Of a DNA stretch of 64,000 nucleotides, positions 35,742-48,118 are shown one piece after another (position 1 is the first letter of the stretch; each line of letters begins with the position of its first letter). Made by a program: the position numbers and the translations under genes. Source of the stretch: Octopus vulgaris (taxonomy: Eukaryota); assembly GCA_951406725.2 (NCBI GenBank), contig OX597815.1, forward strand, positions 76,384,001 through 76,448,000, read 5' to 3'. The notes under the pieces were generated by a model. The model had not been told where the DNA came from, did no database searches, and saw only the letters and a program-made list of their open reading frames with translations.

Positions 35742-36131
35742 CTCTCTCTCTCTATCTATCTATATATATATATATATATACATATCCATATATGCATGTA
35801 TACCTGGCACTTTGCATTCTCTTGCACTCTGCTTATGACACATTCCACAATACATTCCATACTTTTTCTTTTATGTTCTATATTTTACTTGTATCAGTCA
35901 TTGGATTGCAGCCATGCTGGTGCACCCCATTTAGGGATTTAGTTGAACATACCATCCCCAATACTTACTTTTCTTTATATCGAGTACTTACCTTATCAGA
36001 CATTTTTGCTGAACCACCAAGTTACAGGGATGTAAACAAACCAACTCCAGTTGTCAATAGTGAATATGAAAATTATTGTTATAGATGCTGTGTTGTGTTT
36101 TTGATTTTATGAGAATGACCATTGTTATATA

Positions 36132-36976
36132 TCTAATCTATAAAATGAAGAAGGCGAACGTGGATACAAATTGGATTTTTATGTAAAAAGGGGTCTAAAT
36201 GGGGCTGGAAGGGGATTCAAATTTACCGGAGGGGGTAACTTGAGGTGAGAAATTGATTGGGAGACGTTTTGGGGTGCCACAGTGGTTGCTTTGCTGTGAA
36301 AATAGGGATTTTATTGATTTTTGGGGACACTTGGGGGTCTAGATTGGACACCTTTTACCTGATTCCAATCAAATTTTCAACATGGTTAAGTGGAAGTGGA
36401 TTTGTAATTTAAGCACAGAAAATGGGTTCGAAATTTTTAAAATTAAGGCAAGATTTTTGAAGTTGAAAAAAATTTCTCATTTTTACATATTTTTGCCTTT
36501 TATTTTTTATTGTTCACAGTTCTCATTTTTTCTGAAAGAGATTCACAGCTGCATGTAGCCCATGTTTAGAGCTTTCATTTGCATGGTCAATCGTAGAAAA
36601 ATTCCCCAAATAAGTACTAAATTTAACAAAGAAATCCTTTTTTACCTTATTTTTAATCGCTCAAATAGTGGCACGTACAAAAGGCAAGTGTGCTTTCCGT
36701 TGTTACTGCCTTGATTGATCTTTCAAAATATTTTCTTTCTCAACTTACTCAAGATCTTTTGTTTTTTATAAATGGGAGAGAAATAGATATAGAAAGATAG
36801 AGAGTAAGAGAAAGCAAGGGAAAGTCCGAGAGAAAAGAAGAGTAAGAGAGTGGGAAAGTGAGAGAGAAAGGAGAGAGAAACAAAGAGGGAGAATGTGGCC
36901 ATAAGAAACAGAAAGGAAGCAACAGAAAGTAGCAACCACACCCTACCTGCGCGTAGAGTGGTTCACCTTAAGCTAG
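36132..36976 (+). mobile_element. Probable non-autonomous Helitron (second family)
   Basis: A|TC start, subterminal hairpin AACCAC..CTAC/GTAG..GTGGTT at 36934-36963, CTAG|T end. Confidence 0.6.
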
Positions 36977-37004
36977 TATATATATATATATATATATATA
37001 ATAA

Positions 37005-37302
37005 AAGAAAATGGAGAAGAAAAAATATATAGTGGATACTTGGTTAAATTTATTAGCATCACAATGAAAAAGTAATACATATAAGATTTAAAATATAAAG
37101 AGACCTGATCAACAAAATGCTGATAATTCAAACCTAAAGGTGGATTGAAACATATGTAGAATTTTGGGGATTGTTTTTTTGGTCCTTTATTTTGTTGATC
37201 AGGTCCCCTTGTATCCTGAATCTTATATGTATTACTTTTTCCTTGTGATACTAGTAAATTTAACCAAGTATCCACTATATATTTCTCTTCTCCATTTTCT
37301 TT
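37005..37302. repeat. Foldback with ~115-bp arms and a decayed HHR in the spacer
   Basis: 37005-37118 vs 37189-37302; spacer CUGAUAA...GAAAC-AUAU-GUA. Confidence 0.85.
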
Positions 37303-37431
37303 CATTATTACTTTTGAACTGCTTGTACATATATGTTGTGGAACCTTGTTTGAATATATTTGATAACACAAGTTGGTATCTGGATTGTTATGAATAATCC
37401 CTTATGAGGAAATTAAATCCTCACTACTTGA

Positions 37432-37482
<51 letters not shown>

Positions 37483-38284
37483 TTGAACACTGTAAAGTTG
37501 GTTAAACTTGAACGCGTTTTATTGGACAAATATAACTGGAACCAAAAAACTAAAACCAATCATTCAGAAAGTATAGAATACATAGATAATATTTATTCTC
37601 AGCTGTGCATGTCACACAAAAAAAAAAAAAAGAAAGAAGAAAAGTAAAAACAAAAGAAAAAAGACACTATTAGTTTTTCTGCTGTCTAAAGATAAAAAAT
37701 TATCAGGTTATTCAACCATTATTAATAAAGGTATCTCTAGCCTTTGCTTTAAATAGAGAGAGGGGGGGGAGAAAGAAAGAGAGAGAGAGAATGCATGTTG
37801 GTCTAACAACAGGATTATAATTTCAACTAAGCAATCAAGCAACATTTTCCACTCTAATTGAGATCAATAACTCAATGATGCATAATTTGTCATGGCGACT
37901 GGATATGGGAATAATTTCCATTTCTAACTTTTGATCAACAGAAGCAGGCCTGGAATAGACAATGGCTGTTTATACTCAACTGACAGGTGCATGAAACCAT
38001 TCCAGCCTATCTCTGTGTAACACAACAGACACTTGTTAACAATCATGTACACTTCGTTTGCAAGCAAGTATTTACAAAATAAACAACAAAAAAAAAAAAG
38101 AAATGGTTTTCTGTGTAATGTTTAAAAAAAAAAAGAAGAAAAAAAGAAACCATGACAGCGTCTATGACATTCAAAGCACCTTTTTTTCCTACCAGCATTG
38201 GTTGTTAGCTGTCAGAACTCTGTATCCTTCAAAAATTCCATGCCTTTTTTTGTAAGGTGATGGTTTTTTTTTCCTCGCTCATGA

Positions 38285-38600
38285 AGGTGCATGGCTTGGT
38301 GGTTAGGGTATTTAGCGCATGATCATATAGTTGTGAGTTCAATTGCTAGCTATGTGTTCTTTTCTTGAGCAAGATGCTTTATTTCATGCTGCTTCAGTCC
38401 ACTCAGCTGGCAAAAATAAGTAGTTCCTGTATTTCAAAGGGCCAGTCTTGTCACATTCTTTGTCACACTGAATCTACCTGAGAACCAAGTTAAGGGTACA
38501 TGTGTCTGTGGAGTGTTCAGCCACCTGCATGTTAATTTCACGAGCAAGCTGTTCCATTGATAGGATCAACTAGAACCCTTGTTGTAATCGATGGAGTGCT
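38285..38600 (+). mobile_element. tRNA-derived SINE, third family (related heads at ~40130-40300 and ~48040-48118)
   Basis: TGGCTTGGTGGTTAG...GAGTTCAATTG...CTTGAGCAAG...GTCCACTCAGCTG. Confidence 0.65.
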
Positions 38601-39074
38601 ATCTTATAGAGTCTCCAAGACTGAAGGCAGGGGAGGAAGTTATCTTCAAACTGGAGAGCTGACCTTCATACTTTCAACAAAGTGACCGCTACTTAAGGTA
38701 CTCAAGATGGTGGTGGTGTTAAATTGGATGATGGATTAAGTTTATGTATGTGTGTGTGTTATGTTAGTATGTGTGTGTAATGCTTTGCTGATGTATATTG
38801 TCAAAAGCTATACACCTATGTGTATATATACATTACATAAACATGGTGTGGCTGTGTGGTAAGAAGTTTGCTTTGCAACCATATGGTTCTAGGTTCAGTC
38901 CAAATGTGTGGCACCTTTATACATACATACATACATACATACATGCATACACATATACATACATACATAAACACACATGCACGCACACATACATACATGA
39001 CAACTGTCTTCTATAGCTTTAGGCCAACCAAAGCCTTGTGAGTGGATTTGGTAGATGGAAACTGAAAGAAGCCA

Positions 39075-39625
39075 CTCATCATCATCATCATCGTTTAACG
39101 TCCGCTTTCCATGCTGGCATGGGTTGGATGGTTCAACTGGGGTCTGGAAAGCCAGAAGGCTGCACCAGGCCCAGTCTGATCTGGCAGTGTTTCTACAGCT
39201 GGATGCCCTTCCTAACGCCAACCACTCCGTGAGTGTAGTGGGTGCTTTTTACGTGCCACCAGCACAGGGACCAGACGAAGCTGGCAACAGCCACGGTCGG
39301 ATGGTGCTTTTTATGTGCCACTGGCATGGAGGCCAGTCGAGCGGCACTGGCTACGGCCACGTTCGGATGGTTCTCTTACATGCCACCGGCACTGGTATCA
39401 TGGCCACAAATTCCATTGATAGATTATGATTTTGATTTTTGCTTGCCTCGACAGGTCTTCACAAGTGAAGTTTTGTGTCCCAAGAAGGAAAGGAATGCAT
39501 AAGTGGGCTGGCTACATCCCAGGTATAAGCCATGGGATTATAGCCTTACTTGTCCTGCCGGGTCTTCTCATGCACAGCATACTTCTAAAGGTCTCGGTCT
39601 CTAGTTATTTCCTCGGTGAGACCTA
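39075..39625 (-). mobile_element. RTE-type LINE 3' end with long 3' UTR and (GAT)n tail
   Basis: LTEEITRDRDL*KYAVHEKTRQDK* followed by the same modules as 10725-11800; related tails at 23335-23470, 41560-41950, 52950-53100 and 60255-60370. Confidence 0.7.
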
Positions 39626-42121
39626 GCTGATTGAATTTCTTCTACCCCAATACATTACAGATACATCATTCAGAACTACAAGGAACTTGAAGGAATGAAA
39701 TATAAAGTTGGGTAAAAACAAACAAACATGTTAACTCATATATACATATATATGTAGTTGACAAAATCCAAAACAAACAATGCACATGCATGTGTATGTG
39801 TGTGTGTGTATACAGGGTGTGATGCATTGTTTGTTTTGGATTTTGTCAACTACACAATATGGTAGGATCAGTTGGGTACCATCTGTGTGTGTGTGTGTCT
39901 GTGTCTTTGTGCCTGTGTTTGTCTCCCACGACTGGTGTTGGTGTGTTTATGTCCCTACAACTAAGCAGTTAGGTAAAAGAGACTGAGAGAATAAGTACCA
40001 GGCTTAAGAAAAAAATAAGTACCGAGGTCAATTAGTTCAACTAAAATTCCTCAGGGTGGTACCCCAGCTTGGCCTTGGTCAAATGACTTAGACAAGTAAG
40101 TGTTGAATAATTACCAGAGCAATAAGAATGTGCATAGCCATGTGGTTAAGGTGTTTGACTCATGATCAAAATGTTGTAGATTCAATTTCTGGACTGGGCT
40201 GTGCATTGTGTTCTTAAGCAAAGCATTTTATTTCATGTTGCTCCAGACCACTCAGTCATAGATGAGTTCCAGTCTACTCAGCTGCAGATGAGTTCAACTG
40301 GATCAATTGTGTGGGTCGTAGAGGGTGTCTATATCTGCTTATGACTACATAGGTACCTAAAGCAAATAGCAAAAGCATGGTGCATATTACCTAGTCATAT
40401 TCATTCGTGGTTGGTGGTTGGCTGTACTAGAATAACAACACAGTGTGAATTATGAATGAATTAACATACAGAATCATATCTATATTCGGTCATGCTGTAA
40501 AATTAAGCCACATCATTAAATTACAGATTAATCTTATGACAGCTGAGGATGAGGATTGAACTGATTAGCTTTATTATTCTTAATGTTTTTCGGAATTCAC
40601 TCACATGTTAGGCAGCAATCTTATTTACATGATAGTATTAGAACATTGGATGAATTTATTCTGATGTCTTATCATCTGGGTTCAAATCTCAGGTCAACTT
40701 TTCCACTCATCCTTCCAGGGTTGATAAATAAATTAACAATCTTAAGTGGTGGATTGGCAAAACTGTTAGAGCTTTAGGCATGCTGCTTTGTGTCTGTTTT
40801 GCATTCTAACTTCAAATATCATTGAGGTCAACTTTGTTATATATTCTTCCAGGGTCATTAAATAAATTAACAAGCTTAAGTGGTGAACTGACAAAATTGT
40901 TGGAGCATCATATGTGATATCTTGTAACATTTGTTCCAGTTCTTGTTTCGTATTTGAAGTTCAAATCCTGCAGTAGCCTACATAGATCTAATCCATTGTC
41001 TGGTTTAGCACCATCAGCTGGCCTTCATTCATGAGTTCCTTTAATACATTCTATTGTAAACATTTTGGTTAGGTTTTGAGTTTGAGGAGACCTCCTTTCC
41101 TCCTTTCTCCCCACTAACTTCAGAGATCATGTAAAAGGTCTCAGCACAGCTCTTGCTCCTGACCAAAAGAAAAAATCAGTTTGGAAGGAAGATGTGAGTG
41201 ACTTCTGATGAGCTATAAAAGAATAAAACTGATCCTTGTTTCACGCTGCCAAGGAAAATTCTGTGGTCAAATCATGGCACTGAGTATTATAGTGTTATTA
41301 AATACATGTAGATATATTTGTACAGTATAATTTTAATTATATATTGTATATATTTATTTCACCATATACAATGGCATAAAAGATACACAGGCATATTGAA
41401 TGCAGCCCAATTTCAGCAGTGCATATTCATTTATGAGTGTCCCAACTTCACTTGTAGAACTAAGGGTAATGTGTTTTGAGGACATGTTTTGGGAAAAAGT
41501 GTCTTATATGCCATTAAATACAGTATATAGTATATATTTATCAATATATCAATGAAATCAAAATCATGGCCATTGCTGATAGCATGATCTTTGAATGTTG
41601 AGTCTCATGGAGGTGATGACAAGTGACTGAGACCATTGGTGATATGTTGTGCTTGAAAAGGCTTGTCGAGCCAAGTGAAGTCATAATTGTAGCCATTGCC
41701 ATTGTGATGTAAATGACACCTGTGAAGTTGTTGTTGTGGCCATTGTCGGTGTCAGGTAAATGGCACCTGTGCTGGTGGTACGTAAAAAGCATCCATTACA
41801 CTCTCAGAGTGGTTGGCATTAGGAAGGGCATCCAGCTATAGAAACCATGTCAAATCGGACTGGAACCTAGTGCAGTTCTCCGGCTTACCAGTTCTAGTTA
41901 AACTGTCTAACCTATGCCAGCATGGAAAGTGGACATTAAATAATGATAACGATGAGGATGAACAATAGTATCATTTATTTCTAGCAGGTCAATTATTAGT
42001 TCATTACATTTTCTACTGTTGAGAGTCATATGGGAGTGTCTGTAATTTAATGCAGAACAAATACTACAGGGACTTTGTAAAATACTCTTTTGTTTTGTTT
42101 TTCTTACCAATATACAATATT

Positions 42122-42201
<80 letters not shown>

Positions 42202-42989
42202 TATATGTTATTTGTATTATTGCTCAGTTGTCTATATGTCAGAAATCAAGAACACTAAAAAAGAAATACTTTTATTTCAAGCTGTATATTACTGTTATGG
42301 CATATAACTAGTCAAAATGTTACTAATGTTTTCACACTGGCTATTGCCCTTGGTAATAATGGCAATTCTTCAGACATACTGGCTGGAAGTACATAGCCTC
42401 TTTTATGATGGAGGTACATGCATAGTCCTGGTTCACTTGGTGATGACAGAGAGAAGAATGAATAAGTGATGAAAAGTTATAATAATATTTTCTGGGAGGG
42501 AAAGAAAAGTTGCCTTCCATAGAACAATATCAGCTGTGGTTGAAGGGGTCAATTATGGGTATGTACAGTTTTCCATTCTTTAGTCTAAAAAAAGAAAACG
42601 AGTATGTTGCCAAAACAAATTTTTGATTATGAGGGCAGTGACTAAATATTTTGCTTTTTGACTTCAGAAAAGCACTCTGATCTCGGGAGTCACTGAATCT
42701 GTGGTCTATAAAGCAGAGGTAAGTTTGTCCAACAACAGCAAACACAACAACAATGGAGGGACACTCACACAAATATATGTTGTGGCAATGGAAGCCCCTT
42801 TAAGGCCAGTTTAAACAGTCTCAGGTCCAAGATGTGCACAATGCTGCAACATCAGTCAGCTATATATGGTAATTAAAAGAGGAATGAACACTGTACAAAA
42901 TCAAATGAAAACTGCTGAAACATCTGAATGAAAGAAGAAGATGCTAGATTTGCTTGGCTGAGAGGAGAATCATTGTAAAGATTCCCACC

Positions 42990-43420
42990 ATCTATGTGTC
43001 ATTCATAAAATCAAAAGGTGAAATATTTCATTGAAATCAGGTGCCTTATTGATGTAAATATTTCTTCAAAAATCAAAGAGAAAGAGGATAACTATAGACA
43101 ACAGTTTTAAAACCTCCAGCTGTTAAACCCAGATTGTAAATTCTCATTTATACCTGTAATAATTGGTGTACTAGGTTTTTCAAATAAATGCGTGAGTGAT
43201 GATCTGGAAAAGCTGGGATTACAAAATCACTAGTCAACTAGCAAACACATGTATTATAAATACAATCTGTAAGCAAAACAGTAAAAATCTGCAACACTTT
43301 TATCAAGTTTAAATAGTAATTTTTTTTAAAGATAGAACTTTGTATCTTCCTTAGAATCCAGCTCTTTCCTCAGAGGAGAATTCAAATAATTAAAAACTGA
43401 AGAGAACATGCATACATAAA
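42990..43420 (+). mobile_element. Degenerate R4/Dong-like LINE 3' end followed by (TACA)n
   Basis: IEIRCLIDVNISSKIKEKEDNY...FIPVIIGVLG...LEKLGL. Confidence 0.65.
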
Positions 43421-43523
43421 TACATACTTATACATTCAAACACATACATACATACATACATACATACATACATACATACATACATACATACATACATACA
43501 TACATACATACATACATACATAC

Positions 43524-44183
43524 ATGATGGCTGCCCCCTCGTTATCGAGTATGACCATTGCACGAGGCTTAACTGTTATTGGTGCTGTGATCGAATGTGA
43601 ATTTTATTTGCTTTTTAAGGCTACAGCCAGCCATTCAGTTGAGACTCACAGCACCATCAACAATCATGAACAATGTTGTTATCGTGCAATGCCTGTGCAG
43701 GAAGATTTTTTTTAAAGTGAGGAAAGGCTGTGCACAGTCAGTCCCACTCACTAATCAACAGCAGCCATAATCCAAAAAGAAGAACAAGTCAACATCATCG
43801 GTAACCACTGAGCCGCAGATTTTATGTCAGAGTTATCTCAGTTACCTTCTCCTAGAACGATGCCCTAACAAGGGCCAGGAGTCCTTCACTTCCAATGGTT
43901 TAACCGCATGATCGGGTATTCAGTCCGATTATTTCTATGTCCCCGCGCATGATACAACCTTAAGCCTTAAGAAAAAAAAAAATTGCACATTTATTGGATG
44001 GTTGTTGACTCCCAAGAGTTCCTCCACCCTTTGACGGGTTTTGTTTTTCATCCTGCAGGGTGTCCAATAAACACCCTCCTCACCAAGCAAGCTTGGTGGT
44101 ATTACCGGTTTAGTTGCCGACGGCCCGACCATGCAACAGGTTGTACTGGGTTACATGCTACCAGTAGCACTCGTAAGTGACCT
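43524..44183 (-). mobile_element. ~660-bp non-coding insertion inside (TACA)n; possibly a non-autonomous RTE derivative
   Basis: Higher GC and sharp borders in the microsatellite; CCTTGTTAGGGCATCGTTCTAGGAGAAGGTAACT recalls RTE 5' UTR motifs (inference). Confidence 0.45.
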
Positions 44184-44789
44184 GACATACATACATACAT
44201 ACATACATACATACATACATACATACATACATACATACATACATACATACATACATACATACCAGTATTGTCGAAAAATCATAAAACATAAGATTTAAAA
44301 TTTAAACTTGCAGTCATGTCTGAATTGATCTAGAAATGACTATCTATCCCCTTTACAGTAAACAATAACTTCCCAGGTATGTGACATCCTAAATTGATAG
44401 CCTTTCTAAATGACACATTTTTGCATTTCTAGGTAAGTGTTAAGTAGAACATAGTAATAACCACTCCTTAAGTTTTTCTTAGTATTGGAATTTGAAATGT
44501 ATACCAGCCAAAAGAAGGTAATATGTGCTTGAGTGAACATTATAAAATAATTAATCATTATTTTTGCATTTGTATATGTTTTGCAACATTCTTAATATGA
44601 CATCATGTGTTGAAACAAACTTTATTGTAAGTTGAGGAAGTTGTTCTGTCTGTGTGCACTAGTTTGCATTAGTTTCACTGACATATGAGAGACCAAACAA
44701 CCAGACTGCCTGCATGTCTATCTACATATCTACACAACTACCTCCTCCTTGTTCTTCTTCTTAGTAGCTGTCTACTGCAGCTAGCAACA

Positions 44790-45330
44790 GATTGGGGAGT
44801 GGTGGCACATTGCTGAAGAAGGATCTGAACAATGGGGGTATGACTGAGCATAAATCTGCTCAACACAGAGTTAAAGATTTTAGTTAAGATGCTTGCCAAG
44901 AAGCTAGAGCTTGTTGTTAGTTGTGTAGTTAGTGACATGCAAGCCTGTGTAATCCCTGGTAGGTCTTCCACTATAACCTCTACCTCATGTAATACATCAC
45001 GGAACAGGTTGGGAATAAATGCAGTTTTGGTGGCATACTGGTCAATTTGGATCAGTCCAAGGCACTTGACTGGGTAGAGCATCTCTATTTGGCAGTTGTC
45101 CTAAGAGCTGTCAATTTCAGCCGTTTTTAGTGGCTGGATCACCATAATGTACAATGGCATCTGCTTGATGGTCAAATGCTGAATTGTATGTCTCTGAAAG
45201 GTGCATTGGGTGGGTTTGCAACAAGGCTATTTGAGAAGTCCATGTTAACCAGTCTGAGGATCCAGTAAAAGTGTTCAGAGTCTGGTTGCCCACAGCACTG
45301 TACCAGCTGCACAAAACTGTTAGGCAGAAA
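44790..45330 (+). mobile_element. Tx1/L1-clade RT fragment
   Basis: INLLNTELKILVKMLAKKL...QACVIPGR...LVNLDQSKALDWVEH; homologous to 49150-49390. Confidence 0.8.
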
Positions 45331-45705
45331 AACAGTTCAAGATTTCAATAGGGGATTAGTTGAGGATAAGAGTGACATGGCCTGAGACAGTCTCTGGAAA
45401 CCGCCATGGTGCATGCAGGGGTGCGAAATCATCCTGTATGCAATCGTTTACTATCTATGCATTAGCAAGATATGGGCTTGTGTTAGACAGCTGATGTCTT
45501 GTATAAAACAAATCCAACTATTTGCCACACGTATAGTGAAGGTCGAGGCACAGCCTTAGCCTGAGCTATAGTAGAAGGTCCAAGGGACTGACCGAGTGGT
45601 CGCAAAGCGGGCTTCTTAAACATACATCTATATCTCATTAAAACATTGAAGACGAATAAAAATATTTCAAATAGCATACAAGATAAATACTTGATTTATT
45701 GAAAA

Positions 45706-46724
45706 CTAGCAGTATCGCCCGGCGTTGCTCGGGTTTGTAAGGGAAATAACTATATAAGCATTTTTAGAGAGTTACTTCCCTTATAGATGCCAATTCGGGC
45801 TTTCTTAGCCATTTCTGTTTTGGTGTCTTCAAGCCATGAAGTCGTTGTTCTAAAAGAAGGCTGGTCTCCTTGACAACGCATTACGACGTTGATTTCTTTA
45901 CACTCCCTTCCCCACAGCTTCACGAGGGAGGGAAGGGGGAGAAGCAAACAGGTGCAGGTGTGACCATGGACGCCAACTCCGCCGCCATTGACACACGAAA
46001 GATTATGCATTAAAATGGAATAAAAAATTATGTTAAATTATTTTTAAAATCGTAGACTCATCGTAGACGCGCGCTAATAACCAGACGGGCTCGATATGAA
46101 TCACGACTATAAGATACCCGAATTTGGTTAAACTGCACCGCAAAATGTGGGAGGAGTTAGGAATCTAAATCGAAGGGGACAGACACTCACACAACTAAAG
46201 TTTTATATATATAGACTAGCAGTATCACCCGGCGTTGCTCGGGTTTGTAAGGGAAATAACTATATAAGCATTTTTAGAGAGTTACTTCCCTTATAAATTC
46301 GGGCTTTCTTAGCCATTTTTGTTTTGGTGTCTTCAAGCCATGAAGTCGTTGTTCTAAAAGAACGCTGGTCTCCTTCACAACGCATTACGACGTTGATTTC
46401 TTTACACTCCCTTCCCCACAGCTTCACGAGGGAGGGAAGAAGGGGGAGAAGCAAACAGGTGCAGCTGTGAGCGTGGACGCCAACTCCGCCGCCATCGACA
46501 CACGATGCATTTTATGCATTAAAATGGAATAAAAAATGATGTTAAATTATTTTTAAAATCGTAGACTCATCGTTGACGCGCGCTAATAGTCAGACGGGCT
46601 CGATATGAATCACGACTATAAGATACCCGGTTTTGGTTAAACTGCACCGCAAAATGTGGGAGGAGTTAGGAATCTAAATCGAAGGGGACAGACACTCACA
46701 CAACTAGAGTTTTATATATATAGA
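45706..46724 (-). mobile_element. Two head-to-tail non-autonomous Helitrons (46216-46724 and 45706-46215)
   Basis: Each ~510-bp unit begins TCTATATAT and ends hairpin (CCCG-AGCAACGC-CGGG)...CTAG; the outer target is A|T. Confidence 0.88.
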
Positions 46725-46876
46725 TATCTTCTTTTTAAGAGAGTAATGATAAAATAACTTCTGACAATTGCGAACAAATTTAAATGAGAAGGGGAGATAA
46801 GTTACATGTAATTCAGGGGAGATAATGCCATACCATTCCGGCAAGTACAATCTGTCTGGAGACAAGAGGGTATATT

Positions 46877-47076
46877 CTTTTCTACTCTGGGTACAAAGCC
46901 CGAAATTTTTGGGGAGGGGGCCAGTGGATTAGGACGACCCCAGTACGCAACTGGTACTTAATTTATCGACCCCAAAAGGATGATAGGCAAAGTCGACCTC
47001 GGCGGAATTTGAACTCAAACGAAATACCGCTAAGCATATCGGCCGGCGTGCTAACGTTTCTGCCAGTTCGCCGCCT
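46877..47076 (-). mobile_element. SINE family B with 15-bp TSD
   Basis: ACAAGAGGGTATATT at 46862-46876 and 47077-47091. Confidence 0.92.
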
Positions 47077-47171
47077 ACAAGAGGGTATATTATATTCCCT
47101 CTTGTCTCCTGATAACATTTTAGAATGACGTAAACGTGATGAAACAAAATATTAGATTATAAAAGGATACG

Positions 47172-47609
47172 GGCGATCTTTCGTCTCTAGTAGACCTTTC
47201 CGTCGATTTCCGTAAAAAAAATTTTTTTTTTTACATATGGGCTTGCGGGAACTTTTGAAGTAATATACATACATATACACATACACCGAGTAAAACATTT
47301 CAGTTATCTCTTTCTTTCACACATTACTCTGTCTCTTCACACACACTAACAGAAGCACTTCACTTACACAACATACTGTCTGACTCCCACACCCCATCAA
47401 ACACACACACACACACGCAAACACACACACACATGTACATCAATGCTTGCCATGCACGGTAACTTCAAAAGAACTTCCCTCGTCATAAAATGGCTTTCTC
47501 TTAGTCTCTTTCGCTCTCATTACTTCAAAAGTTCCCGCAAGCCCATATGTAAAAAAAAAAAATTTTTACGGAAATCGACGGAAAGGTCTACTAGAGACGA
47601 AAGATTGCC
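47172..47609. mobile_element. MITE with ~90-bp TIRs and 8-bp TSD (Merlin-like by termini)
   Basis: AGGATACG|GGCGATCTTTCGTCTCTAGTAGACC...GGTCTACTAGAGACGAAAGATTGCC|AGGATACG. Confidence 0.88.
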
Positions 47610-48118
47610 AGGATACGTATTAAAGTAAAAGAAATTAAATTCTTCCCAAAGGAAATAATTATATTACACAATTTTTATGGAATGTGGATCTCGAAGCATA
47701 CTTAGAGCTATAAATAATAGCTTGCAAATATTGGGTTGAAAAACCATTTTGAATAGAATATTTGAGAATAGTCAAATTAATGGAAACTGAAGGGAAATGT
47801 TAATCTTTGAAAATGTAATGAAACATGAAGCTCTTCCCTCCTCTTTCTTGTTCATGATCTCATCATCATTGTCATCAAGATTATCGTCGTATTATTGCCT
47901 TTATCATTATCGCTGGTGTTGTCATCCTGGTTGTCATCATTGGTGTCCTCCTCCTCCTCCTCATCATCATCAACATCATCGTTGTCGTTGTCGTCATCGA
48001 GCCGCCATCGTCATCGTCATGGTCAAACTATCGTACTTGTTAGGCTGCTCGGCTTGTGATTGTAAGTTCGTTAGTCCAGTTCCTGGATCAATCGGCATGT
48101 TGTATCCTCAGGTATAGT

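Noticed and set aside
41200-41270. CUGAUGA hammerhead candidate
   Set aside because: No convincing GAAAC/UH half or stem I pairing.
42330-42772. Possible host exon(s) on the minus strand
   Set aside because: No recognisable domain or convincing splice pattern; cannot be supported without transcript data.
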